From contig CAVXWZ010000005.1 of NCBI GenBank assembly GCA_963765575.1, forward strand, positions 32,001-96,000: 64,000 nt of DNA. Direction: 5' to 3'. Origin of the DNA: an uncultured cyanobacterium (lineage in GTDB: Bacteria > Cyanobacteriota > Cyanobacteriia > PCC-6307 > Cyanobiaceae). Each line of letters opens with the position of its first letter. Within the stretch, counting starts at the first letter, position 1. The notes under the pieces are model-generated. The model worked only from the letters and a program-made list of their open reading frames with translations. It ran no database searches and was not told where the DNA came from. This document shows, in pieces, positions 33,697 through 43,082 of this stretch. The position numbers were made by a program, and so were the translations under genes.

Positions 33697-34657
33697 ATGC
33701 CCTGGTCCGCTGCCGACATCCCCGACCAGTCCGGTCGCCTGGTGCTGATCACCGGCGCCAGCAGTGGTCTGGGCCTGGAGAGCGCCCGCGCCCTGCTGGC
33801 CAGGGGTGCCACGGTGATTCTCGGCTGCCGCTCCGCCGCCAAGGGCGAGCGGGCCCGCCAGGAGCTGCTCCCCGCCGCCGCCGCTGGTGGCGCGGTGGAT
33901 CTGCTCGACCTCGACCTCGCTGACCTCGGCTCGGTGCTCAGGGCCAGCAACGAACTGGGTGAGCGCTACGGACGGCTCGATCTGCTGATCAACAACGCCG
34001 GTGTGATGGGGTTGCCCCGGACCCTCAGCCGCGACGGTTTCGAGCTCCAGTTCGGCACCAACCACCTGGGCCATTTCGCCCTCACCTGCTGCCCTCCTGC
34101 CGCTGTTGCGCGGCCGGCCCGACGCCCGGGTGGTCACCGTGACCTCCGGAGCCCAGTATTTCGGCCGCATCGACTACGACGACCTCCAGGGGGAGCACGG
34201 CTATGACCGCTGGAAGGCCTATGGCCAGAGCAAGCTCGCCAACGTGATGTTCGCCCTCGAGCTCCAGCGGCGCCTGGATGCCGACGATGCCGGTGTGCGC
34301 TCGCTGGCGGCCCATCCGGGGGTGGCGCGCACCAACCTGCAGCCGGCCTCGGTGGCCGCCAGCGGCTCCTGGGTCGAGCCCCTCGCCTATCGGCTGATGG
34401 CGCCGCTGTTCCAGAGCGCCGCCATGGGCGCCCTGCCCCAGCTCTACGCGGCCACGGCGCCCCAGGCCCAACCCGGCGGTCACTACGGTCCCGACCAGTG
34501 GGGTGGCATGCGCGGCTGGCCCACAGACGTCCGTGTGGCCCCGGCCGCCCTCGATCCGGCGGAGCGGGGGCGACTGTGGCAGCTGAGTGAGGAGCTCTGC
34601 GCTGCGGCCAGCGAGCGGCGGGCGGCAGAACGGGGGGATGCCACCGTGGCGGCCTGA
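33697..34657 (+). CDS. Short-chain dehydrogenase/reductase (frameshift near 34087)
   Basis: TGASSGLG, LINNAGVM, NHLGHFAL; then YGQSKLAN and AHPG in the second frame. Confidence 0.88.
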
Positions 34658-34696
34658 GGAGCCCAGTCAGACAGCCCCATCAGCGCAGTAGCAGCG

Positions 34697-35198
34697 CTGC
34701 GCGGCTCCGCGCTCGAGAGCGGGGACGGCAGCCACAGTTTTGTCGCTCAGGTGACGCTCTACGCCCGTGCCCTCGGCGTTGCCCTGGCCCAGAAGGCCTA
34801 CGACACAGGTGAATCGAGCGAGCGTGCAGCCCTCAAGGAGCTGCTCAGCACCCTTGAGCTGGAGGGTGTGCTGATCCAGGCGGATGCGCTGCACACCACC
34901 CAGGCGTTTTTCACTGGTGCCTCTCCCAGGGGGCCGACCTCCTCCTGACCGTCAAGGGCAACCAACGCACCCTCCATCGCCAGATCCGCAGCCTGTTTCA
35001 GGGTAAGCGCAGGATCCCTTTCACCGCAATGGATCACGAGAAACGGCATGGGCGCGACACCACCTGGATCCTGCGGGCCAGGGAAGCACCGGCGCACATC
35101 AAGGAGAACTGGCCCGGCTGCAGCTGGATCGTCGAGGTGGTCACCACCGTGATCAGCAAGGGCAAGCGGACCGAGCGTGCCCACCACTTCCTCACCAG
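34697..35198 (+). mobile_element. ISAs1-family transposase internal remnant
   Basis: LRGSALE..FVAQVTLY..QADALHT; -1 frame GADLLLTVKGNQ..DHEKRHGRD..HFLTS. Both ends missing. Confidence 0.8.
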
Positions 35199-35440
35199 TG
35201 GCAGCAGTGGCGATTGGCCTGACACCGAATCCCCATTCATCCTGGATCAGCATTCAATTTATTGGATGATTATTCAACTGCTCTGATCATTATCAGTGAG
35301 CTGCTGTAAGGATAATTTCATCTGATCAAACAGCATCAAATACATGGGCGTTGGCCAGGGTCGAGATGAACTTCCCTGGTAACACCTACCAGCTCCCTCC
35401 GGGCCCGTATACTTCAGTATTACCAATTTTCACGAATTCA

Positions 35441-35962
35441 GTGATTCGCCAGATTCTGATCTCAGCTGTATTGCTGGGCACCGGTTTGTTCGATGCGGCG
35501 CTTTCCCAGGACCTTTTCATTTATCCCTCCAAGGGGCAGAGTGCTGAACAGCTGCGCCAGGATCGGCTCCAGTGCCAGCTGTGGGCGATCGATCAGACCG
35601 GCTTCGATCCCACCGATCCATCCCAGGGATCCCAGGCCAGTAGGCCTCCGGCGCCCCAGGTGCAGCGCCAGGGGCCGGGAACGGCCCGCTCCACCGCCCG
35701 TGGTGCGCTGATCGGCACGGCCGGTGGAGCCATCGCCGGCAACACCGGCCGGGGTGCCTTGGTGGGAGCGACCAGCGGCAGCCTCATTGGAGCGGGCCGC
35801 CAGGTTGATCAACGCCGGGCCCAGCAGCAGGCGAGTGAGGATTGGCTCCGGCAGCAACAGGCCGAGGACGCCGAACGACAGCTGCTGCAGCACTACCGGC
35901 GCCAGGGCTTCAACCGCGCCGTGACGGCCTGCATGGAGGGCCGGGGTTACGCCGTGAGCTGA
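35441..35962 (+). CDS. Glycine-zipper exported protein
   Basis: Signal peptide, IYPSKGQSAEQ..D..QC..WA, GALIGTAGGAIAG zipper, ACMEGRGY. Confidence 0.8.
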   Translation: MIRQILISAVLLGTGLFDAALSQDLFIYPSKGQSAEQLRQDRLQCQLWAIDQTGFDPTDPSQGSQASRPPAPQVQRQGPGTARSTARGALIGTAGGAIAGNTGRGALVGATSGSLIGAGRQVDQRRAQQQASEDWLRQQQAEDAERQLLQHYRRQGFNRAVTACMEGRGYAVS

Positions 35963-36002
35963 GCTCAGCTCGCCAGCAGGACGCGCCGCAGCTCCAGGCC
36001 GA

Positions 36003-36848
36003 TCATCCCAGCTGCAGCCGGGGATGGCGCAGCCGGTAGCCGAGGCGGTGCAGACGCCGGTTGGCGATGCGGCGATTGGCGCGGGAGCCGGCGGATTCAG
36101 CTTCAGGATCCCAGCGCACCGGCTCCAGGCCGGCGGCTGTGAGCACCCGATCGAAGAGATCGCGCACCCGCAGGGGCTCATCGTCCACCAGGTTCACGAT
36201 CCCCTCCACGCTCTGCTCCACGGCCCAGGCCAGGGCGGCCACCACGTCGTCGCGGTGGATCCAGCTGCAGTAGCTGGCCCCATCCCCCGGCCGCGTGCTC
36301 CCCGCCAGGGGCCCCAGGCGGGCCGCGAGCTCCCGGCCCGGCCCGTAGATCGCCCCCAGCCGCAGGATGGCCACGCGGCGCTGAGCATCGGCGCAGGCCA
36401 GCAGCCGCTGCTCGCTGGCCTGCAGGATCTCGCCGTGGCGATCGCTTGGCTGGACCGGCGTGGTCTCATCCACCCAGCCACCGCCGGCGTCGCCATACAC
36501 CGAGCAGCTGCCGGTGTAGAGCACTTGGCGCAGCTGCGGCAGCCGCGGCAGCACCCGCTCCAGGGCCTCAAAGGTGCGTAGGTAGGTGGCCTCATAACCC
36601 TCCGTGCCCACCTGCCGGTTGCCTGTGGGGGCGAGGGTGAACACCGCCACCTCACTGCCGCCCAGGGCCGCCTCCAGTCCCTGGTCATCGGCGCCCTCGA
36701 GCACATGCACCGCGTCGGCCCAGGGCGCCAGCTCGGCCCGTCGTGACGCCCTGGTGGTGGTGACGCCTACGTGGTGATCACGGCCCGCCCGCCAGTGCCG
36801 GGCCAGGGCTGAGCCCACGTAGCCACAGCCGAGAATGGTGATTCGCAT
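36003..36848 (-). CDS. NAD-dependent epimerase/dehydratase-like SDR
   Basis: ILGCGYVG, SCSVYGDAGG.WVDE, LRLGAIYGPGR, IHRDD. Confidence 0.85.
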   Translation of the reverse strand: MRITILGCGYVGSALARHWRAGRDHHVGVTTTRASRRAELAPWADAVHVLEGADDQGLEAALGGSEVAVFTLAPTGNRQVGTEGYEATYLRTFEALERVLPRLPQLRQVLYTGSCSVYGDAGGGWVDETTPVQPSDRHGEILQASEQRLLACADAQRRVAILRLGAIYGPGRELAARLGPLAGSTRPGDGASYCSWIHRDDVVAALAWAVEQSVEGIVNLVDDEPLRVRDLFDRVLTAAGLEPVRWDPEAESAGSRANRRIANRRLHRLGYRLRHPRLQLG

Positions 36849-36974
36849 CGACGCCCGGCGCCGCAGGGACGACCCTAGGAATTCTGTCAGCGTGACGCGC
36901 CTGGCTGGCTGGCCTGTCGGCTCGCATTCCTACACTCCACGCCAGCACTACGGCTGAGCGGGTTGGGAAACTCC

Positions 36975-38528
36975 ATGAGACTGTGGCTTGTTGCTCTGCT
37001 GATGGCGGTCAGTGTGCTTCTGATCGGTCCGGTTGCTGCTGTGCCGTCTGGTGCGCCAGTGATTCTGGGGGATGAAACCCTGTTTCGGATCGAGGCCCAG
37101 GTGGCCTCGTTTGCTCCGGATTTTCGGGCTCAGGTGATTTCCGATCGCATCACAAAACTGGCAAAGAATACAGATATCAGCGTCGATACAATCACGGTTG
37201 TTGACAATCCAAAAGTTGGTTCAACCGATCTGCGAGCTGGGGACCTGACGCTCATCACGATCGTGGATGCGGATGCATTGGCGGCCACGAGAGAACGCGA
37301 TGAATTGGCACGTGACTATGCCGAAAAAATCAAGAATGCGATCAATCAATTTCGCAAATCCTATAGCTTCAATAGCATTATCATCGGCATTGTCAGCACT
37401 CTCGGCCTGACGGTGGCGTTTGTTGCCAGTTTGATTGGCATTTCCAGGTCCACACCATTGATTTCGGGGCGTCTGAGGCGCTGGTGTGGCGTGCGTATTG
37501 GTGGCTTGCGCCTGTTCAACACCCAGATCCTCTCGGCTGATCGTGTTGCTGATCTGATCACCGAGATTCTGCGGATCGTGCGCTTTACTCTCTATCTGAT
37601 TCTTGTTTATATCTATATAAATCTGGTGCTTAGTTTCTTTCCCTGGACCATGGGATTGGCACGGCTTCTAATTGGCTACTTGAAAACTGCTGTGACGACA
37701 GTGGGAGCTGGAGTTGTTGACTATCTTCCCAGCTTCTCTTTTCTGATTGTGATCATTGTGATCACCACGTATTTTTTGAAGCTGATCCGCTTCTTTTTTG
37801 CCGAAATTGAATCTGGCGATATCGTGATCGAATGGTTTTATCAGGAATGGGCCAAGCCCACCTATAAGCTCATCCAGTTTCTTGTGCTGGCATTTGCTGT
37901 CACAGTTTCTTTCCCCTATCTGCCAGGCTCCAGCACCCCAGCTTTCCAGGGGGTTTCGATCTTTCTTGGGGTTTTGGTTTCACTGGGTTCTTCCTCGGCG
38001 ATCTCCAACATCTTTGCGGGCATCATTCTCACGTACACCCGCGGCTTTCTAGTTGGAGACCGGGTGCAGATCGCCGACACAGTGGGTGATGTGGTCGACA
38101 AAACCCTCTTTGTCACGCGTGTGAGGACGATCAAGAATGTGGTGATTACTATTCCAAATTCGGCTGTTCTCAGCAGTCACATCATCAACTTCAGTGCCGC
38201 TGGTGCTGCCCCGCACGCGGCCCCCCTGCTGCTGCACACCACCGTCACCCTGGGCTACGACATTCCCTGGCGAACCGTGTATGACGTGCTCATCCGGGCT
38301 GCCGAGGGCACCTCGGCGATCCTGGGCCAGCCCGCCCCGTTCGTGCTGCAAACGTCCCTGGACGACTTCTATGTGCACTACGAACTGAATGCCTACACCG
38401 AGGATCCCGGTGTGATGGCGCGCACCTATTCCGAGCTTTTCGAACGCATCCAGGATCTCTGCCAGGAGGCTGGGATTGAGATCCTCTCCCCCCATTTCCG
38501 CGCCCTGCGCGATGGCAGCCCACCATGA
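36975..38528 (+). CDS. MscS family mechanosensitive channel
   Basis: SLGSSSAISNIFAG, VGDRVQI, ITIPNS, VTLGYD, AGIEILSPH. Confidence 0.92.
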   Translation: MRLWLVALLMAVSVLLIGPVAAVPSGAPVILGDETLFRIEAQVASFAPDFRAQVISDRITKLAKNTDISVDTITVVDNPKVGSTDLRAGDLTLITIVDADALAATRERDELARDYAEKIKNAINQFRKSYSFNSIIIGIVSTLGLTVAFVASLIGISRSTPLISGRLRRWCGVRIGGLRLFNTQILSADRVADLITEILRIVRFTLYLILVYIYINLVLSFFPWTMGLARLLIGYLKTAVTTVGAGVVDYLPSFSFLIVIIVITTYFLKLIRFFFAEIESGDIVIEWFYQEWAKPTYKLIQFLVLAFAVTVSFPYLPGSSTPAFQGVSIFLGVLVSLGSSSAISNIFAGIILTYTRGFLVGDRVQIADTVGDVVDKTLFVTRVRTIKNVVITIPNSAVLSSHIINFSAAGAAPHAAPLLLHTTVTLGYDIPWRTVYDVLIRAAEGTSAILGQPAPFVLQTSLDDFYVHYELNAYTEDPGVMARTYSELFERIQDLCQEAGIEILSPHFRALRDGSPP

Positions 38529-39370
38529 GCAACGTTGTCCGTGGTGATGGCAGTGACCGGCAGTGGCGCCTTAATCGGCGCAACTTCGAGGGTCGCTGGT
38601 GCGGTGTCAGTCACTGGTATCTGCGCCCGCAGCAGGACGCCGGCGCGCCGCATCGCCTCGATCTCAGCCAGCCCAGCCGGACCATCGCTGACACCTGCTA
38701 TGCCATCAGCTTCGACGATGGCGACCACGGCCTCTGGGATGGCAGCGGCCTGCTGATGGCCCCGGGCGGGCGACGCCAGTTGCCCCTCAGCCGGCACACC
38801 TACAACCGCGGCGGCTCCTGCTGGCAGTTCGCCGGTGCCGGTGGCCAGTCGAGCCTGGCCGTGGACCCCTCCCAGCCCCGGTTCGGCCATGAGGTGAACC
38901 TGTTCTGGCGGCGTTCGCGCTCCATGCTCGTGCTGCTGTACGCGCCGTTGCCCACGGCCCAGGGACCTCGCTGGCAGCTCGATGCGGTGGCGGCCGTGCC
39001 GTTCCGCTGTCAGCTGGCGGGCCCGCTGGATCCCCCGCGCCCCGCCGCCACTGACTGGCGGCGCCTGCTGGCGGAGCAGCAGGGCTGGGAGGGTTCGCTG
39101 CAGCGGCTGGAGCCGGGCGCCTGGCCTGGCGAGGATCGAGAGTCCCTGGGCTGTGCCCCCTTCCGCAGCGCAGACTTCGCCCGCCATCAGCTCACGGCCG
39201 GCTTCGCCGATGGCCTGGTCTGTTCGCTGCCGGAGGTGCTGCCAGCTGGGGAGTTTGTGCTGGAGGTGGGCTGCCGCCTCGACGCCGGCCGTTTTCACCA
39301 GCTGAGCCTGCGGTTCAACGCCGCCCAGCGGCTCACGGCCTGGGAGCTGCGCCGCTTTCTGCGCCCCTAG
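38525..39370 (+). CDS. Hypothetical protein (possibly DUF3598-like beta-barrel)
   Basis: ATGA overlap with the mscS stop, host-like codon usage, QW..N..G.W.G N-terminal pattern. Family assignment is tentative. Confidence 0.55.
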   Translation: MSNVVRGDGSDRQWRLNRRNFEGRWCGVSHWYLRPQQDAGAPHRLDLSQPSRTIADTCYAISFDDGDHGLWDGSGLLMAPGGRRQLPLSRHTYNRGGSCWQFAGAGGQSSLAVDPSQPRFGHEVNLFWRRSRSMLVLLYAPLPTAQGPRWQLDAVAAVPFRCQLAGPLDPPRPAATDWRRLLAEQQGWEGSLQRLEPGAWPGEDRESLGCAPFRSADFARHQLTAGFADGLVCSLPEVLPAGEFVLEVGCRLDAGRFHQLSLRFNAAQRLTAWELRRFLRP

Positions 39371-39427
39371 GCCCTCCCCGGCCTCCCTGCTCCGCACCCG
39401 TCCTCTGTCCCGTTCTCCCCTGCCGCC

Positions 39428-40231
39428 ATGGCCGCCAGCAGCGCTCCCAGTGCCTACGCCGAGCTCCAGGCGGTGGAGGCCTGGCTGGGCCCGCGGCCGG
39501 TGTTCCGCGAGCTCAGCCTGGCCCTGCAGCGGGGGGAGCACACGGTGATCCTGGGTCCCAACGGCTCCGGCAAGAGTGCCCTGGTGAAGCTGCTCAGCCG
39601 TGAGCTCTACCCGGTGGTGAAGCCGGGCTCCTGGCTGCGGCTCTTCGGCAGCACCACGGTCAACCTCTGGGAGCTGCGCGGGCGCATCGGGCTGGTGTCG
39701 CAGGACCTGCAGGCGGGCTACCGCCCCCAGGTGCGGGCCGCCGATGTGGTGCTGTCGGGCTGTTTCGGATCGGTGGGCATCGGCCGCAGCCAGCAGCCCA
39801 GCGCCGCCATGGTCGAGCGGGTCACGGCCCTGATGGCGCAGCTGGGGCTGGCGGATCTGGCCGAGCGGCCCTTCGGCCAGCTCTCCGATGGCCAGCGCCG
39901 CCGGCTGCTGCTGGCGCGGGCCCTGGTGCACGGGCCCGAGGTGCTGGTGCTCGATGAACCCACCAATGGCCTCGACCTGCAGGCCCGGCACCAGCTGCTG
40001 GCGATCCTGCGGGAGCTGGCCCGCTCCGGCACCACCCTGCTGGTGGTGACCCACCAGATCGAGTCGATCATTCCGGAGATCAGCCGCGCCGTGCTCTTGC
40101 GCCAGGGTCAGGTGGTGGGCGATGGGCCGGTGGCGGAGCTGCTGCAGGACGGACCCCTGAGCGACCTCTTTGCCACACCGCTGCGGGTGTGCAGCGCCAA
40201 CGGCTACCGCCAGGTGCTGCCGGCGGACTGA
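39428..40231 (+). CDS. ABC transporter ATP-binding protein (ModF-like)
   Basis: GPNGSGKS, LSDGQRRR, LVLDEPT, VTH. No permease adjacent. Confidence 0.88.
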   Translation: MAASSAPSAYAELQAVEAWLGPRPVFRELSLALQRGEHTVILGPNGSGKSALVKLLSRELYPVVKPGSWLRLFGSTTVNLWELRGRIGLVSQDLQAGYRPQVRAADVVLSGCFGSVGIGRSQQPSAAMVERVTALMAQLGLADLAERPFGQLSDGQRRRLLLARALVHGPEVLVLDEPTNGLDLQARHQLLAILRELARSGTTLLVVTHQIESIIPEISRAVLLRQGQVVGDGPVAELLQDGPLSDLFATPLRVCSANGYRQVLPAD

Positions 40232-40366
40232 GGGCCAGGGGCAATGAGCACAAGTGCGCACCACCGCGGTACGCGCTTATCGCTATTCAACGCTACCGTT
40301 ATGAACGAACGCGCCAGGGCCCACCAGGCTCTCGCCCGTTCCCTGTCCTCCGTCCCCTTTCCTGTC

Positions 40367-41449
40367 ATGGCGTCAACGTCCCTGGCTCCCACCCGGAGCC
40401 ACCCCTGGGAGTCCTTCAAGGACTGGATCACCAGCACCGACAACCGCCTCTACATCGGCTGGTTCGGGGTGCTGATGATCCCCACCCTGCTGGCGGCGGC
40501 CAGCTGCTTCATGATCGCTTTCATCGCCGCTCCCCCCGTCGACATCGACGGCATCCGCGAACCGGTGACCGGCAGCCTGCTCTACGGCAACAACATCATC
40601 ACCGCCGCGGTGGTGCCCAGCTCCAACGCCATCGGCCTGCACTTCTATCCGATCTGGGAGGCCAGCAGCCTCGATGAGTGGCTCTACAACGGCGGCCCCT
40701 ACCAGCTGATCATCTTCCACTTCCTGATCGGTATCTATGCCTATCTGGGCCGCGAGTGGGAGCTGAGCTACCGCCTGGGCATGCGTCCCTGGATCGCCGT
40801 GGCCTACAGCGCTCCGGTGGGCGCCGCCACCGCCGTGCTGCTGGTGTACGCCATCGGCCAGGGCAGCTTCTCCGACCCCATGCCCCTGGGTATTTCCGGC
40901 ACCTTCAACTTCATGCTTGTGCTCCAGGCTGAGCACAACGTGCTCATGCACCCCTTCCACATGCTCGGTGTGGCCGGTGTTTTCGGCGGCAGCCTGTTCT
41001 CGGCCATGCACGGTTCTTTGGTGACCAGCTCGCTGGTGCGGGAGACCACCGAAGCCGAGAGCCAGAACCGCGGCTACAAGTTTGGTCAGGAGGAGGAGAC
41101 TTACAACATCGTGGCCGCCCATGGCTATTTCGGCCGGCTGATCTTTCAGTACGCCTCCTTCAACAACAGCCGCAGCCTGCACTTCTTCCTGGCCGCCTGG
41201 CCGGTGGTGGGGATCTGGTTCGCCACCCTGGCGGTGATCAGCTTCTCCTTCAATGTCAACGGCTTCAACTTCAACCACTCGGTGCTCGATCACCAGGGCC
41301 GGGTGATCAACACCTGGGCCGACGTGCTCAACCGCGGTGGTCTGGGCATTGAGGCCATGCACGAGCGCAACACCCACAACTTCCCCCTCGATCTGGCGGC
41401 CGTGCCGTCGGAGCTCATGCCCCTCAGCGCCCCCTCGATCCCTGCGTGA
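40367..41449 (+). CDS. psbA: Photosystem II D1 protein, divergent D1' (microaerobic) type
   Basis: 360 aa. Keeps D61, Y161, D170, E189, H190, H215, H272, H332, E333, H337, D342, A344; has A80, L158, L186, A286 and E130. Confidence 0.95.
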   Translation: MASTSLAPTRSHPWESFKDWITSTDNRLYIGWFGVLMIPTLLAAASCFMIAFIAAPPVDIDGIREPVTGSLLYGNNIITAAVVPSSNAIGLHFYPIWEASSLDEWLYNGGPYQLIIFHFLIGIYAYLGREWELSYRLGMRPWIAVAYSAPVGAATAVLLVYAIGQGSFSDPMPLGISGTFNFMLVLQAEHNVLMHPFHMLGVAGVFGGSLFSAMHGSLVTSSLVRETTEAESQNRGYKFGQEEETYNIVAAHGYFGRLIFQYASFNNSRSLHFFLAAWPVVGIWFATLAVISFSFNVNGFNFNHSVLDHQGRVINTWADVLNRGGLGIEAMHERNTHNFPLDLAAVPSELMPLSAPSIPA

Positions 41450-41471
41450 GGCTTTGAACCTCGCCCAGGCG

Positions 41472-41494
41472 GGGCCCGGTTCCACACCGGGCCC
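41472..41494 (+). other. 9-bp GC hairpin without U-tract between psbA and the DUF3365 gene
   Basis: GGGCCCGGT-TCCAC-ACCGGGCCC. Confidence 0.6.
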
Positions 41495-41533
41495 ATGTCC
41501 CCTGTCCATCGTCAACCCATTGCCGGCCGCGTC

Positions 41534-42202
41534 ATGACCCAGCTCTTGTTCACGCTCAGGGCCAGCAACTGGCCGCCGGCAGCACGGCTGGCGCTTGCCG
41601 CGCTGGGCGCCCTGCTCGCTGGGGCGCTGCTGAGCCTGCAGCCCGCAGCCGCCCTGGCTGCCACCACACCAGCACCCGCCACAGCGCCGGTGGATCCAGC
41701 CAGCCTGGCCCGGGCGGTGGACCAGATGGAGCAGCTCGACCGCATGCGCATCTCCCTGGCCTCCAGCCTGGAGGGCAGCAGCGAGGAGCCCACCATGGAC
41801 ACCATGCGTGAGGTGTGCATGCCCGTGGGCAAGCGGGCGATGGCCATCGGCAAGCAGAACGGCTGGAGCGTGCGCCAGGTGGCCAGCAAGGCCCGCAACC
41901 CCGACCATGTCCCCGCCGGCGCCCAGGAGAGCCAGGTGATCGATCTCTTCGCCAGACACCCCGAGATCACCGGCCTGTGGGAGCCTGCCAGCGCCGACCA
42001 GGCAGCCGGTGTGACCTACTACCGCCGCATCGACGTGCAGCCCAGCTGCCTGGCCTGCCATGGCAGCAAGGACAGCCGACCCGCCTTCGTCAAGGACAAG
42101 TACCCCGCGGACAAGGCCTTCGACTTCAAACCCGGTGACCTGCGCGGCATGTACGCCGTGTTCATCCCCGAGGTGCAGGAGGTTCTGCGGCAGGCCGGCT
42201 GA
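41534..42202 (+). CDS. DUF3365/Tll0287-like exported c-type haem protein
   Basis: Signal peptide (AALA|A), VCMPVG, QVASKARNP, SCLACHG (CxxCH), GDLRGMYAV. Confidence 0.88.
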   Translation: MTQLLFTLRASNWPPAARLALAALGALLAGALLSLQPAAALAATTPAPATAPVDPASLARAVDQMEQLDRMRISLASSLEGSSEEPTMDTMREVCMPVGKRAMAIGKQNGWSVRQVASKARNPDHVPAGAQESQVIDLFARHPEITGLWEPASADQAAGVTYYRRIDVQPSCLACHGSKDSRPAFVKDKYPADKAFDFKPGDLRGMYAVFIPEVQEVLRQAG

Positions 42203-42276
42203 CGCCCCGCGGCCAGGATCGGCTCAGGCCGCCGTCCAGCCGCAGGGCTGCAGCCCTGGGTTCAGGTGGTTCAGCA

Positions 42277-42969
42277 TCAGGCGTGCCCTCGCTGGCGGGA
42301 TGGGTGGGCCGGGCCAGGCCGGCGCCAGAGGCCCAGCCACTCATCGCGGCGCTGGGCGATCGAGCCCCTGGCTGGCTCCCAGATCTCCACCACCAGTCCG
42401 GCCTGCTGCGCCAGGTCGATGAGTTCGTGGGGATCGCTGCCCCAGGGCGGGCCACCGGCCCGGCCGTGGCACCAGAACAGGCCCAGCAGCCAGCCGCCGG
42501 GCTGCAACAGCGCCGCCACCGTGGCCATGTAGGCCGCCCGCAGGTGGGGATCGATGGCGCAGAAGCAGGTGTGCTCCACCACCCCCTGCAGACTCCCGGG
42601 CCCGAGCCCCGCGGCCTCCAGTGCCGCCGGATCGAACAGGTCGGCCTGCAGCCAGCGCAGCCCGGGGTGCTCGCGGCCGTGCAGCCGCTGGGCCTCCCCC
42701 ACGGCTTCGCCGCTGAAATCCAGGCCTACCGCGGCGAAGCCCAGCTCCGCCAGCAGGGCGGCTTCATGGCCGCGGCCGCAGCCGGGCACCAGCACCGGGC
42801 CGCCCGGTGCCGGGGAGCGGCCGTCGTGGCGCAGGAACTCCGCCAGGGGCGGTGTCGGCTGGCCCAGTTCCCAGCCATCGCCGCCCTCGCGGTAGCGCCG
42901 GTCCCAGCGCTCCGGTTCCGCTTGCGGCCCCGCAGCGGGCGCACCAGGGGGAAGCGGACGGGGCGACAT
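42277..42969 (-). CDS. TPMT/HOL-like SAM-dependent thiol/halide methyltransferase
   Basis: WDRRY..GWELG..TPPL, VLVPGCGRGHE, GLDFS, EHTCFCAIDP, GGPPWG. Confidence 0.85.
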   Translation of the reverse strand: MSPRPLPPGAPAAGPQAEPERWDRRYREGGDGWELGQPTPPLAEFLRHDGRSPAPGGPVLVPGCGRGHEAALLAELGFAAVGLDFSGEAVGEAQRLHGREHPGLRWLQADLFDPAALEAAGLGPGSLQGVVEHTCFCAIDPHLRAAYMATVAALLQPGGWLLGLFWCHGRAGGPPWGSDPHELIDLAQQAGLVVEIWEPARGSIAQRRDEWLGLWRRPGPAHPSRQRGHA

Positions 42970-43082
42970 CGCAGCTAGTGTGTAATGACGCAACCATTCT
43001 ATGCCGAAACACTCATGACCATGAGATCCCGGCCCCCTGCCCGCGTCCGTCTCGGCGGCTCCCGCCCCCCCAGGTGCTGGCC

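Noticed and set aside
40244..40366. 41-aa N-terminal extension of psbA in the ORF track
   Set aside because: The ATG at 40367 gives the canonical 360-aa length and residue numbering.
40367..41449. Rogue D1 or chlorophyll f synthase
   Set aside because: All Mn-cluster ligands and the A344 processing site are present, and there are no far-red cluster genes nearby.
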